Origin: Azolla caroliniana
Taxonomy: Eukaryota > Plantae > Polypodiophyta
DNA: 64,000 nucleotides
Reading direction: 5' to 3'
NCBI GenBank assembly: GCA_043228905.1
Contig: JBHGNT010000051.1
Location: 1-64,000, forward strand
Below the pieces are notes generated by a model. The model made no database searches. It had not been told where the DNA came from and saw only the letters and a program-made list of their open reading frames with translations. A program made the position numbers and the translations under genes. Shown here one piece after another: positions 62,101 to 64,000 of this stretch (its first letter is position 1; each line of letters starts with the position of its first letter).

Positions 62101-63427
62101 TGGGGGAAGGATTTGAAGGTGGTCCATACCCGTGATTGCTGCCCCACACAATTTCGACACGGGTATGGGATTGGTGCAACGGAGGATGTGGTACCGGCAG
62201 CTTGGTATCCAGTACGGCTCGAGCAACAGCTGTTCAAAAAGTTGAGAGCTTCGAGTGGGCGGGTGACTATTATGGCACCCTTCACTGAGAACCTCATATG
62301 TGCGGTGTTGTGGTGACAGCGACGTCGACAACGGATGTGTGGCGGTCCATGGTATGTCCTTGGTCCTCATTTCCGGGGGGGGTATTACATGGGATTGACA
62401 TTGGTCAGAAAAGATTGGTTCCCGGGGAGGCGGTGGAGGCATCGGTATATTGATGAGTTTAACAATAGGCTCATGTATATTATGTCTGCTGTTAATTGGG
62501 TTAAGTCGATAAGAGAGTTCATGGGTTGCTATGTTATAGGAATAAGCGCGTTGAATGGGTGCCTGTTGCTGAGGAAGGCTTGATGGTTGGCGATGGTGAA
62601 AGGCCGGTGGCTGCGGATGATGTTGAACCTATGGATGGTATTGGTCCGGTCGCAATTGATGTACCTACGTTTGATGACAGTATGGTGGCTGAAAATGTTT
62701 CAGTGGCTATTGGTGGTGATGTTGGTGGTGGTGGTGGTATGATGGAGGAGCTTGTGATTTTAGATGATGATGATGAGGATTGTGGTTTTGTTTATGGTAA
62801 TTTAACTGTGAAGCTTGTAATTGATGATGGTGATGATGACTATGACGGTCCGACCATTGTTTATATTGATTACTATTATGGTTCGTGTGAAAGGAGTGTT
62901 TGTGGGAGCTACCCGGGTATGGATTGGGTATGGGTTTGGGGTTAGAGTTAGCGTATAGGTTTTGTTTAGGGTGTTGTTTAGGGTTAGTATTGCATTTATG
63001 GTTTGGGTTTGGTTTGTTGAGGCCATTGGTGTATGCTTTATGGTTTTTTGGGTTTTTTGGGGAAGGGGCATCTTTAAAGTTTAGGTTTTTTGAGGAGTTG
63101 AAATTTGGTGGGTTAACATAATCCGGTGGTGTCTTGGTACTGTTCGAGGGGGGTATGAAGGATGGGCTATCGTAGAAGACGTCTTCAGCATGTTCTCCCA
63201 TGTCGTCTTCTTCTTCTATTACTTCTATTCCAAAGTTATAGCCGATGGCATAGTTATTGCAAGTATTAAGTAGATCTTCAATGTATTGTTCTAAGTAGGC
63301 CGTGATTTCTTCTAAGAATTTTTCGGGAGTGACATAATTAGAGACGCCATTTAGGTTGTAAGGTTCTTGTAGGGTGTTGGTGAGTTGTAGTAGATCTTTC
63401 CTTTAGGGAAATCATCTAATAACTTGG
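59165..63427 (-). mobile_element. PLE family 3, copy e (inverted): long ORF1 region, RT and 3' UTR
   Basis: RT N-terminus NLSSYTLSKSEVKLLNSGLKYI, ILPTDKNNG and PQMYFLPKVHKNPISYRPI. Motifs A and B are replaced by a cassette at 60586-60630. YIDD and the thumb run to a stop at 59898. Upstream Pro/Thr/His-rich ORFs extend to ~63400. Confidence 0.85.
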
Positions 63428-64000
63428 TGTGAGAGTGTACGAGAAGATCTAAGTGTTTTACATAAGTGCAAGTAAGTTCTTTGTTATATTGAATGGTTAG
63501 ACATACATTTTGGCCTTACAAGGATTCGAGCCCAAAACGTCTTGGTCTATATGTTAGACCTTTAACCATTATACTAACATATATCATGTATAGTTATGAT
63601 AAATGTATTATTAGTTATTACAAGATATTTAGAGTATTCTAGAACATTGTAGGATATTCCATTATTATATTAAATATCATAAATATCTAAAATATTCTAG
63701 AACATTCTAGAATACTCCATAAGGACCTATAAATAGGTGTCTATTCATTTATCACAACTCATTCGGTTCAACACTAGTTTGTAGCCCCTTAGCCTACTCT
63801 TTGTAATCCTTGCTCTCTTATAATATAAACTCTCTTTCCATTTCTAGTGTTCTTTCTCTCCCTCCCGCCCTCCCTCCCTCCCACTCTCTCTCTCTCCCTC
63901 TACCTTCTATTGTCATCTTATTTTTCTCTCTCCTATTTCCAAGTCACGACAGTTTGAACCAAATCTAACTCTTTTTTCTTCTTCTCCAACTTCTTCTTCT
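63428..64000 (+). repeat. Probable LTR of another retrotransposon, running off the window
   Basis: An abrupt change at TGTGAGAGTG interrupts PLE ORF1. It is AT-rich with attctagaa repeats, TATAAATA at ~63728, tgtaatc and aatataaa motifs, and a pyrimidine tract. Confidence 0.5.
63511..63584 (-). other. tRNA-like Pol III A/B-box sequence in the terminal LTR-like segment
   Basis: On the minus strand, TAGTATAATGG (63576-63566) and GGCTCGAATCC (63532-63522) lie 44 nt apart. Confidence 0.45.

Overview
This window is the left end of a plant chromosome. About 3.4 kb of (CCCTAAA)n telomere is joined directly to a ~189-bp subtelomeric satellite. I found no host gene; almost everything else is transposon-derived. 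From 4.1 to 46.5 kb there are two deep nests of LTR retrotransposons and a LINE, most bounded by readable LTRs, primer-binding sites (PBS), polypurine tracts (PPT) and target-site duplications (TSD). They comprise four Ty1/copia families, two Ty3/gypsy elements with 4-bp TSDs, a gag-only gypsy derivative and an RTEX-like LINE. The most interesting region is 49.2-63.4 kb, a chain of at least three different endonuclease-less Penelope-like retroelements (PLEs). Most point their 5' ends toward the telomere and are separated by short CCCTAAA seeds. Two carry a TATA box followed by a hairpin containing a hammerhead ribozyme (one intact, one decayed). This resembles an internalised, retroelement-built chromosome end of the Athena/Coprina type. 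Other notable signals are a conserved -1 frameshift cassette (GGAUUUU plus a covarying pseudoknot) between protease and RT in both full gypsy elements, and a 40-bp cassette plus TTTAGGG repeats replacing RT motifs A-B in three PLE copies. There is also an interstitial telomeric insertion inside a copia integrase, and antisense tRNA-like A/B boxes in two unrelated LTRs. The element types suggest a non-seed land plant (inference, low confidence). Coordinates were read by eye and may be a few bases off at rearranged junctions.
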